Source: Lama glama (Eukaryota). From it: 64,000 nucleotides of DNA. This document shows positions 51,870-64,000 of the stretch, in pieces. The notes below the pieces were generated by a model. That model saw only the letters and a program-made list of their open reading frames with translations, made no database searches and was not told the DNA's origin. Numbering within the stretch: position 1 is the first letter of the stretch; each line of letters opens with the position of its first letter. The stretch covers positions 40,984,001 to 41,048,000 of the forward strand of contig CM052816.1 in the NCBI GenBank assembly GCA_028534125.1, read 5' to 3'. A program made the translations under genes and the position numbers.

Positions 51870-53094
51870 GCCTATAGGTTCAACAGAAATTGGACAACAG
51901 GAAAAAAATCCATATATTTCAAAGATTGAAAAAGTTATTAGTTATCACAACGTTTATGAAGATGACCAGTCAGGGATGACAGCTACAAGTTCAAATTGCA
52001 TCTGTGTCCCAGCTTAAATGTAAGGTATCTTTAAAAGTCTTAGATTTCTATCCTGTGTGCATGCCTGCATGGTTTGTAAATATAGTTAGATATTACCCAG
52101 TTACTTTGGCTTACTATGGCAGGGATCTTGAAGATGAGACTAGAATAGAACTAATGTTCAGAGAACACTAGTAAAGAGTACAGATCAAGAGATTGGACAG
52201 AGAAAGAAATGATGTGTTAGGGAACTGCAATCACATTTATTTTAACTAGAACATAAACTTCAATTTGGGGAAAATTCAAGAAATAAAGGTGCTTAGTTAT
52301 GGCAATCTGTTACTGGGAAAGTTTAAACACACAGCCTCTCCTGCTTAAAGATTCTTTAAAGTAAAGAAATTTTTAATAATAGTTTTGAAGACTGAAGTTT
52401 GTATTCAGACAGCCCAAATAACTTGTGTTTTAAACTTGTGTATTCTGTTCCCCTTTTGCTTCTTAACATTTAAAAATAATTGATCACTAAACGACTAAAT
52501 TTTAAAAATATTTTCTCATTAATTTCCTCACATTAAAATTATCTACATTGTTATGTCAAGCAATACTTTATTTAGATATTTAAATCTATATTGTTCCTCT
52601 GTATCTCTTCATAAAGACTTCTGAACATTTCTTACCATCTAAAGCACATGTTCTAATGTACACCATAATTACTACAGACAGAATACTCAGCACCTTGCTC
52701 ATTAATAATTAACTCCACAATAATAAATTTAAAGGCTTTTTGTTTTTTCAGTCCACATGGCATTCCTGCAATAGTGGCCACTCTTTCCTTCACAATGTCT
52801 TTCATTTATTAGCATTTAGACACTGAATAGTCATGATTTTCATTCTAACACTTTCTCCCTTGGCCTCTTAAAGTACACCCATAATTTTTATTAATTTTAC
52901 TCTTTTTTCCCCTTAGAAATCTCATCACTTCAATATTAATATCTGTAACCCTATTAAGGCAAGTGAGTTATATCTCCAGCATTCCGAAGTATCTAGACAG
53001 GCCTATCATTGTTCAGTGGAGACCCAACAGCAGTGAATAGGAACTTGCCAGAGTAAATCCCTGGGATCTGGGGGTATAAAAATATTGACTAGCA

Positions 53095-53430
53095 TGCCAC
53101 TTATTTATTCAACAAACATTTAGTGAGGAGCTACAATGTCCCAAACATTGGGACAGATTATGAATATATACAAACAAGTAAGATGAAAAATTCACATTCT
53201 AGTAAGAACAAAGTAAGCAAAGAAGAGGGGGTGAATGAATATTGTAGCAAATCAATGATTTGCCAAACATCCTGCATGGCATAAGAATTATTATCTCCTC
53301 CTAGTACATGAAACAAATAAAGTCAAAAGAAATCAAGTAACCTTCAAATGTCCAATCTCTCATACTTAGTATACTGCAGAATCAGGAGGAGAATCTAAGG
53401 GTAACTGTCAAGAAGTCTAAATTCCATATT
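53095..53430 (-). mobile_element. L2 3' end followed by a MIR fragment
   Basis: 'ttattcaacaaacatttagtgaggagctacaatgtccca' followed by MIR-like 'atgaaacaaataaagtcaaaagaaatcaagtaacc'. Confidence 0.6.
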
Positions 53431-53476
53431 CCCTCACTCAAAGGAAATTAACCAGAATGTTAAAAGGAGAAGCCAG

Positions 53477-54900
53477 AGAGTGATGTCACCAAGATGATGA
53501 ATAGCAGGTACCCAGCCCTCATCCCTCATAAAAACACTGATTTGGCAGCCATTCAATGACTGAAGAACTTTTACAAGAGCTTTGGGATCCAGGTGGGAGA
53601 TTGCAATACTCTGGAGGAGTCTAAGACCATGGACAGTGGCTTTCTGAAGGCAAGCCAGCTCCCTGGTGGCAAGCCAGATGAAAGCAGGTCTGACTGCAGA
53701 TCTGATCTGAAAGTAGTCCTATGACTCAGCTGTAGCCCCACTTGACCACCTATGAGAGGCAGCACCTCTCATCTAGGGACCCAGCAGGAAGCGCATATGC
53801 CAACAATATAAACAAAATGAAAATGCACCCAAAGGAATGAGAGAAAATATTTGCAGAGCATATATCTGATAGAGAGTTAACATCCATAGTATAAAAGGAA
53901 CTCCTAGAACTCTGTAACAAAGAAAACCAAATAGCCCAATTCAAAGAATAGGCAAAGGACCTGAGTAAACATTTCTCCAAAAAAGATGTACAGGTAGCCA
54001 ATAGGTATGTGAAAAGGTGCTCGACATCACTAACAATCAGGGAAACTCAAATCAAAATCACAATGAAGTACCACCTTACATTGTTAGGATGGCTACTATG
54101 AAAATAAAAGATTAAAAATGTTGGTGAGGATGTGCAAAAAGGGAAACACTTGTACACTATTGATGGGAATATAAATTAGTACAGTCACTTGGAAAAGAGT
54201 ATGGTATTTCCTCAAAAAGTTAAAAATACTACTATCATATATTCTATCATATATCATACCACTTCTGAGTATGTATCCAAAGGAACTGAATTCTCCAAAA
54301 AGATAACTATACTCCCATGTTCACTGTGGCATTATTCACAATAGCTGAAGTATACCAACAACCTAAATATCTATCAATGCGTGCATGAATAAGGAAAGTG
54401 AAATACTATTCAGCCTTAAAAAAGAAGGAAATTCAGCCATTTGCAACAATGTGGATGGATCTGGAGGACATCATGCTAAAGGGAAAAAATCCAATACAGA
54501 AAGCAAGTACTCTAAGATCTCAACTATGGAATCTAAAATAGTCAAAACTCATGTAAGTAGAGAGTAGAATGGTGGTTACCAGGGGCTGGGTAGGGAGAGG
54601 AACATGAGGAAGTGATGGTCAAAGGGTACAAAGCTCAGTTATATAAGATAAGTAAGTCCTGGAGATCTACTGTTTGCTAAGTGGGTAGAATTTATGTTAA
54701 GTGCTCTTATTGCCAGAGGTAAAAAACAGGGCAGAGGAGTGGGAGGACATCTTTGGAGGTTATGGATAAGTGTACAGCATTGAGAATAATGATGGTTTCA
54801 CAGATGAAAAGTTTTCTCCAAACACATCAAGTTGTACACATTAAATTCTTACAGCCTTCTGTGTATCTACCATATTTTAATGAAGTGATTTAAAAAAAAA
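53477..54900 (+). mobile_element. L1MA-like element: ~320-bp 5' end fused to the last ~1.1 kb
   Basis: Start 'agagtgatgtcaccaagatg'; from ~53801 distal ORF2 and 3' UTR ('gagagaaaatatttgca', 'gaatggtggttaccaggggctggg') plus polyA; degenerate 15-bp TSD. Confidence 0.8.
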
Positions 54901-54994
54901 AAAACAAGAATCCAGTCACTAGAGAATATGTGCCAAGGAGCAAAGAACTAGAATACATACAATACCATAGAAAGCAAAGAAGAAATGAAAAACT

Positions 54995-55012
54995 TGTGTG
55001 TGTGTGTGTGTG
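54995..55012. repeat. (TG)9 microsatellite
   Basis: Direct reading. Confidence 0.9.
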
Positions 55013-58000
55013 TATGTGTTGGCAAGTCATCCTCCTATCAAACTGGATCTCTTTGTATATTGTCTCTGTGCTTCAAACTAAATAGTAGATCATCTAAGGA
55101 GGTGTTTTAAAATGTAGGTGAGTATTAATGGACCTGTAAGTTGAAGATAAATGGTATTGGGGAAAGAGGCAGGTTAGGGGTTTTAATTAGACTTTATAAT
55201 TTGAAGCTGGATACATTAAAAAAACAGTTTGAGACTGTAGTATATATTATATTTTGTTTTTAAAATACTGTAATAGAACACTTAATATAATCAAGAGTAT
55301 TCTGCCTTGCTACTTTGCAAATAAATTTTTTTCAGTAATAAGACCCTAGTCTTTTTTGTTTTTTTAATAAATGTGACCAATATTAGGGGAAAGAAAACAG
55401 AATGGCAGTTTTACAATTGCTGGCTAAACCTCTGCTGTCACATTCCAGTTCCTCCTCATTTTGCAAAAGCAATGAGAAAAATTGTGAGAACACTTTCTTT
55501 CCTAAGCAGTTTAGAATAATATTATTTAGCTTGGATAACACTATCATTTATTTTGCATCAATATTAATGATTTGGAATGGGAATAAAATTACAGTAATGA
55601 AATTCATAGCTGATACTGTCTTCAGCTGTTATAACTGCCAAACAGAGATAAATATATAAAATGACTTGCATCACTTAGAGCCCTGGTTTATAAATTGCAA
55701 TGTGAGTTTTAACAGGCACTTGGACTTTGGGGAACAAGCATTCAATATTTCCAGTGAGGAAGGAAACTCTGAATTGAAGAATATTATTTAAAAACCAATT
55801 ATCCTAACTAAAAGAAGACTGGCTTATTTCATTTGAATAACATTTTGGTGATTTTACACTCTTAGTAAAGGAAAACTCTGTATTACCCTTTTAAATGTAA
55901 GTTACTCACAGTCTGAAGTCCTGTCCCTGAACTAGGCCCACCAAAATCAATCAGACCAAACCCCTAGAAACTCTAATATTTTTAATCATTTACTATAAAG
56001 TTGAGGTTTAACAACATCTCCTACAGAGCAAGCTGAGCTTCCCTCTCCTGTGCCTACTACTGTCTCCTATTAATAGTGGCAGTGGCGCTGGTACCTAGTG
56101 TCTGTCCCCATGAGGGTGTTAAATCAAGCTATGTAGGAAATGGGATGGGAGCCATGTTGGCTTATATATAAGATGCTTTGCATCTTAGCTTCAGCCTGTG
56201 GAAGACAGTCCTTTCATTAAAACCAGAGCAGTGCAATTCCCCTCCCCCAGCTATTGAGCCAAAAGGTTGATCACAGACGTATCACTGGCAAAGAAATGAT
56301 ACCTTGGATGATAGGTGGTAGGCATTTAGCAGAGAATAACAGAGAAAAGAAAAACTCTTTAAACCAATTGAAGATTTTTTTAAAAGCCTCAAAATTAGAG
56401 GGCAAAGCACTTTTCTGATGTCAGGACTTAGAGAAACAAACATATGAAAAATACAAAGTTACAAACCATCAATCATACACTTCGCCATAGGAGCAACTAC
56501 CATTCTCTATGAGTCAGCTATATACTGATCATTCCAATCAGTACCTTATACACATGACACTGCTTTGTATAGACTGCACCCCTTTACAAATAAGCCATGT
56601 CTAAAAGGGGTGAATAACCCAAAGTCAAAGAGTTAGCAAGTATGAGAGTCCACACACAGCCAAAGCCAGGGAGCCCTGCCTCCAAACTTGATGATCTTTT
56701 CATCCAGTGTAGTAACTACCTATAAAACAATATCAGAAGAATTTAGACAAGTGTAGAGAAAATATGGAGATCAAACCAGACTAACATGAATTCCCAAGGA
56801 TTAGTATGCAGTGAACTTTCACCAGTATGTATTAAGGAGGAATTAAAAATTTCTGTAAGAATTCCAATGAAATATTTATAATGTGTTATATAGAATTAGC
56901 ATATGTTAATTTTATGAAATTCTCTATATAAATTTCTGTTCATTCATTTTTTTTTCTGTATTCATGTGTTTTCTTTCTTAAACCAGGAGTAGAACACTTG
57001 TAGAACTTATAAGTTCTTCTAAGAGATACACGGTCAACGTCGCTACATGACTATTGACAGAATTCCTAAAACCCAGTTCTATGCTAACCAGCTCTGCATT
57101 CAAGATCTGTGACTTTTCAAGGCTATGCCTTTTTGAGTGAGCTACATACTTCCAAAACAGATATGATGGTATTTAAACAAAGGTAACACTATAAATAATA
57201 GTTGTATGGTCATACCTGTCCTCACTAAAAATTTTTATGAAGAAATAAAATTCTTTAGAACTAATAAGAATTCAGTTAAATTTTCTTTCTAAAAATAAAA
57301 TCATGAATGCTCACATACACTGTAAAAAAAAAATAAATAGAAAATATGGCTTAAAGTCTCTTAAATCCTGATAACCACTTGTTTAAGCTATGATTCTCCA
57401 GCCACAGGAGATGGAAAAAGTGAAAGAAGTTGAAATAGAAAGTTGTGGGAGTCAATGGTACAGCTTTGTTGCTAAGGAAGGAATATTTTCTTATAGACAA
57501 GTGACTGACACTATCAGCTCCTTTGTTGGATATGAAAGAAGGAGGCATATGAGTAGGAGAAAAAAGGGTCTCTATAAACTATGTTCAAAACTCGAAAAAA
57601 ATGTCCCTCCTTTAGCATTATCTTCCTACTGAAACATTTAATTTCTACATTGCTTGTCACTCCTGTGCAATACCAAGAACTAGTTATTTCTGAAGTTCCT
57701 ATTGGTTTCACATCCCAGTCCTGTCACAAGTGGCCCTGATAACTCTTTTGCAAAGACTGTTTCGGATCTATAAAATGATACAAAACGATTAACAGCCAAT
57801 TTCACTTCAGTTTTAAAAAAGGTCAAAATAAAGCACAGTATTACAGGAGAATGAAGTTTCCATAATATATCCCACGTATAAAACAGAAAATTTAAAAGTC
57901 TCATATTTTTGACAAAAATTCTAATGAAAAGGTAAAATGATATAATATGAATTTACTATCCAAATGACAATAGTAATGTAAAGCACTAAGAAATAGGTAT

Positions 58001-58116
58001 AACAATTCTAGTTTCAGTGAATGTTCTTTGCAGGCATATAATGGGCAATAAATCAACCTGCTGACATGGGCTAATATACTTTAAAAATCAAACTTTCAGC
58101 AAGTATAGTAAGAAGC

Positions 58117-58512
58117 TGTCTCAGTCTACCAGAGTTACCGTAAGAAAGATACCACGGACTAGGTGGCTTAAACAACAACTATTTATTTTCTCACCGTTCT
58201 GGAGGTTACAAAGCCCAAGATCAAGGTCCTGAAGATTTTGATTTATGAAGAGAGCCCTCTTCCTGGCATGAGGAGCACTGACTTCTTGCTGTGTCCTCAC
58301 ATGACCCTTGCTGGGTGCAGACATATGGAGGCAGAGTTCTGGTCTCTCTTCCTCTTCTTTTAAGGCCACTAATCGCACCACAGAGGCCCCACCCTCATGA
58401 CTTCATCTAAACCTAATTACCTCCAGAAGGCCTCACCTCCAAATACCATTACAAAAGGTGTGAAGGTGTCAACATATGAACTGAGGCAGGGAGAAGCATC
58501 CAGTCCATCATA
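58117..58512 (-). mobile_element. MLT1A-like solo LTR
   Basis: 'ataccacggactaggtggcttaaacaac...cctccaaataccattac'; perfect 5-bp TSD GAAGC (58112-58116 and 58513-58517). Confidence 0.92.
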
Positions 58513-59156
58513 GAAGCTCAGTTTTTAATCTAAAATTGTGAATTCCTAAGGTCAATTATAGGATAAGTAAATTAAAATTGCTACTGCTAGGGTCTATAAC
58601 TATGTAATTTTAGTACGTTCTCCTATACTTCTCTCATGCATATTGAAGTGGAACCACAGTTTAGAGAAGCAAAATGAAAACTATCAACTACAACAGAGTT
58701 TTACTGTTTATGTATAAATGATTAGCCCCCTCCCTCTCCCTCCAAAAAAATTAAACTTAACCTTTATCTCTTTTTTCAAATTAAGTATTCCCACATCAAT
58801 TTCTGAGCTCTTTTCAATTAACAATTTGAGTGTCTGGTTATCATACTTTTTGTTCCAAGAATAACTAATAAATAACTAACAGAGGCAGTCAGAATTAAGC
58901 ACTTAGTCAGATATATAGGATGGTTTATTACATTTTTCAGAGAAGTTTCTTTCAGCAGTCTCTGACTTCAAAGAGACAGCACAGACATGGAAAACTATAA
59001 GATATATAGACAATGGAATAAATTCCTACACCAAAAACTGCATTAAATATAAGATATTCTATGTAACATCATTTGGGGTGAGTAGTCTCCATTACTACAG
59101 ACAAAATCATGTCATGATAAAAAGAAACCTTGTTTTCTTGATTGGTCAGGATGATT

Positions 59157-59200
59157 ATAAGCTATTACTAATTTCAATAAGCTATTACTAATTTTAATAA
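59157..59200. repeat. 20-bp tandem duplication
   Basis: ataagctattactaattt(c/t)a twice. Confidence 0.9.
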
Positions 59201-60493
59201 TCTAAGAAGGTTTACTGAAAACAATGGAATTTCAGAAGCTGTTTAAATTACCTAAATCATGTTTTGTGTGCTAAAATCAGAGGGTATGCCAAGATAAACT
59301 GCTTTGTAAAGGGACGAAAAATGTTGACAATTTAAATAAGACACACTCAAGAAGGCAAATGTGAAGCAAACTGGACTGGGAGAGGTGAAGACAAAAAGGC
59401 AAAGTATTTTGATCTTTCTAGGGAAAGGCTTTAGGAATAATGAGAGTATTGCAGACTTGGTGTTCAATGCAATGGAAAATTGATGAAGGGCTTCGGGTAG
59501 GGAAAGATGGGTCAGTGTGACAGATGAAGAAGCCGGCGTTGACAATAATAGCCAGATAGATGAAAAGTACTTGGTCCTGAAAATGAGAAATCAAGTGAAA
59601 ATGAGGTACTAGCAGGCAAGGTGAAGATAATCAAGCCTATTTTACAGTGAGAAAATAATATAAAGAGGACAGTACAGGAACGGAGACTGGAAAGTAGAAA
59701 GCAGTTGTCATGATTCCTCGGGGAACTAGCAAAATGAAAGTGATCAAAAGATATTTCTTGAATGAACTAATTAGTGATTCACTGAGTGACAATATGTTTA
59801 ATTCAACAAACATTCTCAGTACACACTAAGTATCAGTGAGTTTGTGTGTGGCTAGGGGTGATGAGCAAAAATGGTGTTGGAGCTTCCCTGTTTGCCACAT
59901 TAAACAGATGACAGCATTTCCAGCTACAAATAGAAATCTACGTATAATCTTCCTGCACTACATTGTGCTTTTACCGTGACTTAATCCTAATGACACTGAC
60001 TGCTTGGAAAATATGTATTGTTGACTGCCAAAGAGAAGGCATTTTCAAGTGCAGTTTCAAACCTTTCAAGTTTACTAGCAAATTGAATGTTCAAGTCAAA
60101 AGAATTTGCATTTATGAAGATTCATATGTATAGAAGTGAATTTTTCAGACTGTTTCTATCTATCTCAACCCCTGGAAAATGAGAAAAATGAGACATTAAA
60201 CTGAGTCTTGCAGCTCACCTCCTCTGTCATTTATGACACCTAATTCTGCCTCTTGCAGAATTAGAGTATAATGTCAGAAAGCATTTGGTTGATGGTTGAA
60301 GAAAATATTAAATGATGCTGCTACTCACCTACAAATGTCAGCACCAAATGACACAGCAGTGCTTTGCTCCTGGGTTTGTGTATTCCCTAACCACAGCTTT
60401 CTGAACCAGAAGAAAAGAAGAATGAGAATTTTTTGCACTGGGTTTCAGGCATTGTTTAAGGCCTGCTCACGATAATGATGTCTTCTTCCTTGG

Positions 60494-60562
60494 AATATTG
60501 TAAAGTATTTTCAGATCTAAAATGCCTTTGAAATATTATAAAGTATTTTCAGATCTAAAATG
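60494..60562. repeat. Direct repeat, period 38 bp
   Basis: aatatt(g/a)taaagtattttcagatctaaaatg at 60494 and 60532. Confidence 0.9.
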
Positions 60563-62244
60563 AGTTATTTAAGAGAAAGTAAATCCCTTGGAAGCTATTT
60601 GAATTATCTATGTAGAAAATAGCTCTTTCTAGTTCATAGTATTAGAAAAACAATCATTCTCTCTGACATTGTTTCTCTCACTTCCTTGCTGAAATAACAG
60701 TCCCTTATAATGGTACTTCATATTGGGCCTTGTCAAAACTAAAAGATAACAGCTTTATTTATAAGTCCACACAATTCTGGCACAAGCCTAGGGCAACAGA
60801 TAATAAACTTTTTAAAACAATCACATTGCATTGTATCTGGATGCTTTGAAATTTTTTTTTTTTTTTACTTTCTTGGTCATTCACAGAATTCAGTATGTCT
60901 TAGATATGATGAAATACAGTGAGACTACATGTTCTATCCAGCAATAAATCCCCAACAGATCTTGGAATTTGTGACTCAAAGAGAAATTTTAATAGGGTAT
61001 GAACAAAGTGAAGACATTCTTACAAGACCCAGGAAGCTATTATTCGGGATGTGTTAGCCAGATGGTCAGTGGCACAATCTTTACTCAGTGAAATTTTTGC
61101 TTGATCAGAAACTTGTTTAAAATGGCTACTTTTACCTTCACTTGAATGCAAACTTTAATTCCCAAGAGACAAGTATAGCTGTTCAGGTCATTAAAGAGTT
61201 TGTTTCATTTAATGTTTGAAGAAAAAAATAAATAAATGCCTGACAGTGTGAAGGTAGCAACCTCAATTACCATTTCTAGAGCCACTGCAAATCACTCGGT
61301 GTGACTATTCTATCTTAATTATACAGCAGAATGAAAAAGGTACCACTGCCCAAGACAGAATGCTTGCTGTAAAACATGCCCCAGGGTGAGATGAAATAGT
61401 GAAGTGAGAAGCACTTTAATGGATAAAACAGCAGCTTGGGAATCCAGAAACTATTTCTGCTTAACCTGTCTCCACCATTTCCTCACAAAGCCAACACTCC
61501 CTTGTTTACAAAACAGAAGTGACTGTTTTCAGTTTCTGTGAGATAATATGAAAATAAGACAATCAGAATGTGCAGCCATTTTTGCTCCTTGGAAAGGAAA
61601 GATCATTTCAGTGCAAATAAAAGAAAAAAAACTATGATAAACAGATCAGAATTACTATTTATTAGGATGAATAGAAATTTGACTTGTGAATTTCTAAAGG
61701 TACAAGTTATGTTAAGTGAATTTTTGTGAAGCAAGAAGTATTTGTAGTTTTAAAAGCTTCTTTTCCTACAAATTTGGGGGGTTGTGGTGTTTATTATGTT
61801 CCTACCAAAAAAAATCCTGACTTCACCACCTAATGCACTCAATGAGCTGCTCACAGACCCATAAAGCAGGTGGTCACCAGATGCATCAGACCTCAAGGAA
61901 ACAGAATCAGTGCTTGGCAAATTCGTTCAGGCAGGTGGTCTATGAATTCAGGTAGCCTCCTGAGCAAGTTTCATTGTATTTTCAGTATCAGAAGCTAGAG
62001 GCAGAAAAACACAAGGAAACATATATTCAACACAGCTGTATTTCAGGGGAGGTGAAGTAGGATTCTGAACCAAGTAACTTAAGAGTTCTCCAGGGAAGAC
62101 AGCTTAGCCTGCGTGAGGCTCATTAGAAAAGGGATGCAGAGACTTGGCTGTAGGTGCTGGTCTAGGACCCCAGTTTAACTACAGACTCCCTCAGCAGCTG
62201 CTCTCCAACGTCTCAGAACAGGAGAGAACCACAACAATTTCTCA

Positions 62245-62380
62245 GTTCAACATTCTCATTTTCAAGATGTAGAAACTGAGTCTCAGAGAGCAAGGGACTT
62301 GCCAACAGTCCCAGAGCCTGACAGGGGCCTAAATAGGTGGAAACTCAGTCCAGAATTTTTGCCACGATACCACACCACCC
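62245..62380 (-). mobile_element. MIR fragment
   Basis: 'ctcattttcaagatgtagaaactgagtctcagagagcaagggacttgccaacagtcccagag'. Confidence 0.75.
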
Positions 62381-63101
62381 CTCCTCATCAGAAAAAGAAA
62401 TGAGCCTGCTCAATTGTTAATGGACCACTAACTAATCTCAAGCATCCCCTCCAGCTCTAAAATTGCCTATTTCTACATCAAAACGTAGGAAAAGCTTGAG
62501 AAGTCTTAAACATTGACAGAGAAAACCACCAGCTAACTAAACAAACAAGTTCGAAAAGCTGAATGCAAACCAAGAATGGAAGAGAAAGCACCATGTGCTC
62601 TTCAATCACAAAGCCCACGGTCCGTCCGTCTTTAACATTTATTCTTAAGCATCTATATTCAAGATGTTTTTCTTTATTTACTATGTCCATTTGCAAAAGC
62701 CACTCCATTTCAAACTTCTAGGAACCTGCAATAAAATCACATTAAGCTAAGTAATAAAATGCCATCATTGGAGTGACAAGAAGCTTCACTACTTGAAGTT
62801 TCAATGTGTGCTCCCCTGGCCAACAGGGATGTTGTGAGGATTAATGAGATATTTAGAAAGCATTTTATGCAAACAGAGAAAAGAGCCTCACAAAAGCAAA
62901 GGAGAAATAACAGTAGTTTATCTCCACCATCAACGGAGGAAAGCCTGTCTAAGCAGATGGACCTGGGCTGATGTCTTGAAATTGAGACAAACACTACCTG
63001 CGTTAGAGGAGGTTTAGGAGAAAGGTCTTCTTGAGGGAAACAAACAAACAAACAAAAAAAACCTCTGAAACTAGAGAGGTTTTATTCCTCAAACCTTTAT
63101 C

Positions 63102-63214
63102 TAGGGTGAGCAACCATCTTGATTTTCCCATGATCACAGTGTTTCTTGGGATGTGGGATTTGCAGTGCACAAACCCCAACAGTTGTAGGGAAACCAGGAT
63201 AGTTGGTCACTCTA
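63102..63214. mobile_element. MER81-like hAT-Blackjack MITE
   Basis: Terminal inverted repeats TAGGGTGAGCAAC / GTTGGTCACTCTA; 113 bp; internal sequence matches my recall of MER81. Confidence 0.8.
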
Positions 63215-64000
63215 TCTGTAGTTTTCATTTTTCTTACAACAATGACAACCTCACTTTCTAATACTCTAACTCAAATTTTGAATTACTTAATCAACTAGGA
63301 TGATGACATGTTTGGGGAAGATGTTCAAACAAAGAATTTAATGCATCAAAATGAGCTTAAATTCCTGTTGGCCAACGCCATCATAGTTTTGGAGACATTC
63401 AGGCAAAACAAGGGAAATTGCAGTAACATTTCAATCTAAACTTCATCATCTTGTTTTACTGCTGGAACTTCAACCCCCCAGCCACTTCTGGTCTGTCTCA
63501 TACTAACAAACTCACACTAATCTTAGCACAATTTCCCACAGCAGTGCTGTGTGCTTCATGGCTGAACCTCTGCTCCTCTAGTTTTGACGAAGGAGGAGAA
63601 TTTCCAAAGGACTATAAGTCTTGATTGCCTGATCACTAAAGGGGCTCCAATCATTCTAAGATGTGGCTGGATAGAGCATTTCTCAGAATGCATCATATTT
63701 GTTGAGCATCATTCTCAACACTTTTCAGAAATGCCAAGATGCTTTTACTTCAATTGTGGAGTCCTCTTTGAATTCTATTTACCTCCCCTTTACTTCTCAT
63801 AATTCCATTTCTTTCTATAAAACTTTAATGTTATTAATAACTTAACCCAAACCTATGGAATATAAGAATAAAATTAAGTATTTTGTTTAAAACCTTACTT
63901 TTTAAAACACTGAATTTTCTAGCCATTACAAAGTTTATAAACCTGGAGAAAGTCCTAGGGAGAATATGAGGGTGGATAAAACAGGGGCTTTGCAGAAGCC

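Noticed and set aside
57390..57632. 80-aa ATG-initiated ORF as a processed pseudogene
   Set aside because: No recognisable homology, polyA tail or TSD.
1..64000. Short six-frame ORFs (60-154 aa) as host genes
   Set aside because: None resembles a protein I recognise except L1 ORF2 remnants. Many start at non-ATG codons or lie inside repeats, and their lengths fit chance.

Overview
This is AT-rich mammalian genomic DNA, most likely camelid (Camelus/Vicugna/Lama). That call rests on my recall of camelid consensus sequences for the tRNA-derived SINEs and the young L1 3' UTRs, not on a search. I cannot support any host protein-coding gene, RNA gene or CRISPR array. The only ORF I recognise (32256-32498) is the C-terminus of L1 ORF2. 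Roughly half the window is interspersed repeat: old L1M, L2 and MIR fragments, MaLR (MLT1) LTRs and internal pieces, ERV1-class solo LTRs, MER DNA-transposon relics, and lineage-specific SINEs and L1 tails. Several insertions have target-site duplications (TSDs) readable directly in the sequence. The rest is unique non-coding sequence containing a few well-formed candidate exons. Best observations: three L1 copies with a 5' end joined directly to a 3' end (one bounded by a TSD), a perfect 115-bp tandem duplication, head-to-head MLT1 LTR fragments, an unexplained ~210-bp insert in an MLT1 LTR, a possible 5'-inverted L1, and candidate exons on both strands. I found no convincing previously undescribed biological system. 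Repeat family names are from memory and old-repeat boundaries are approximate.
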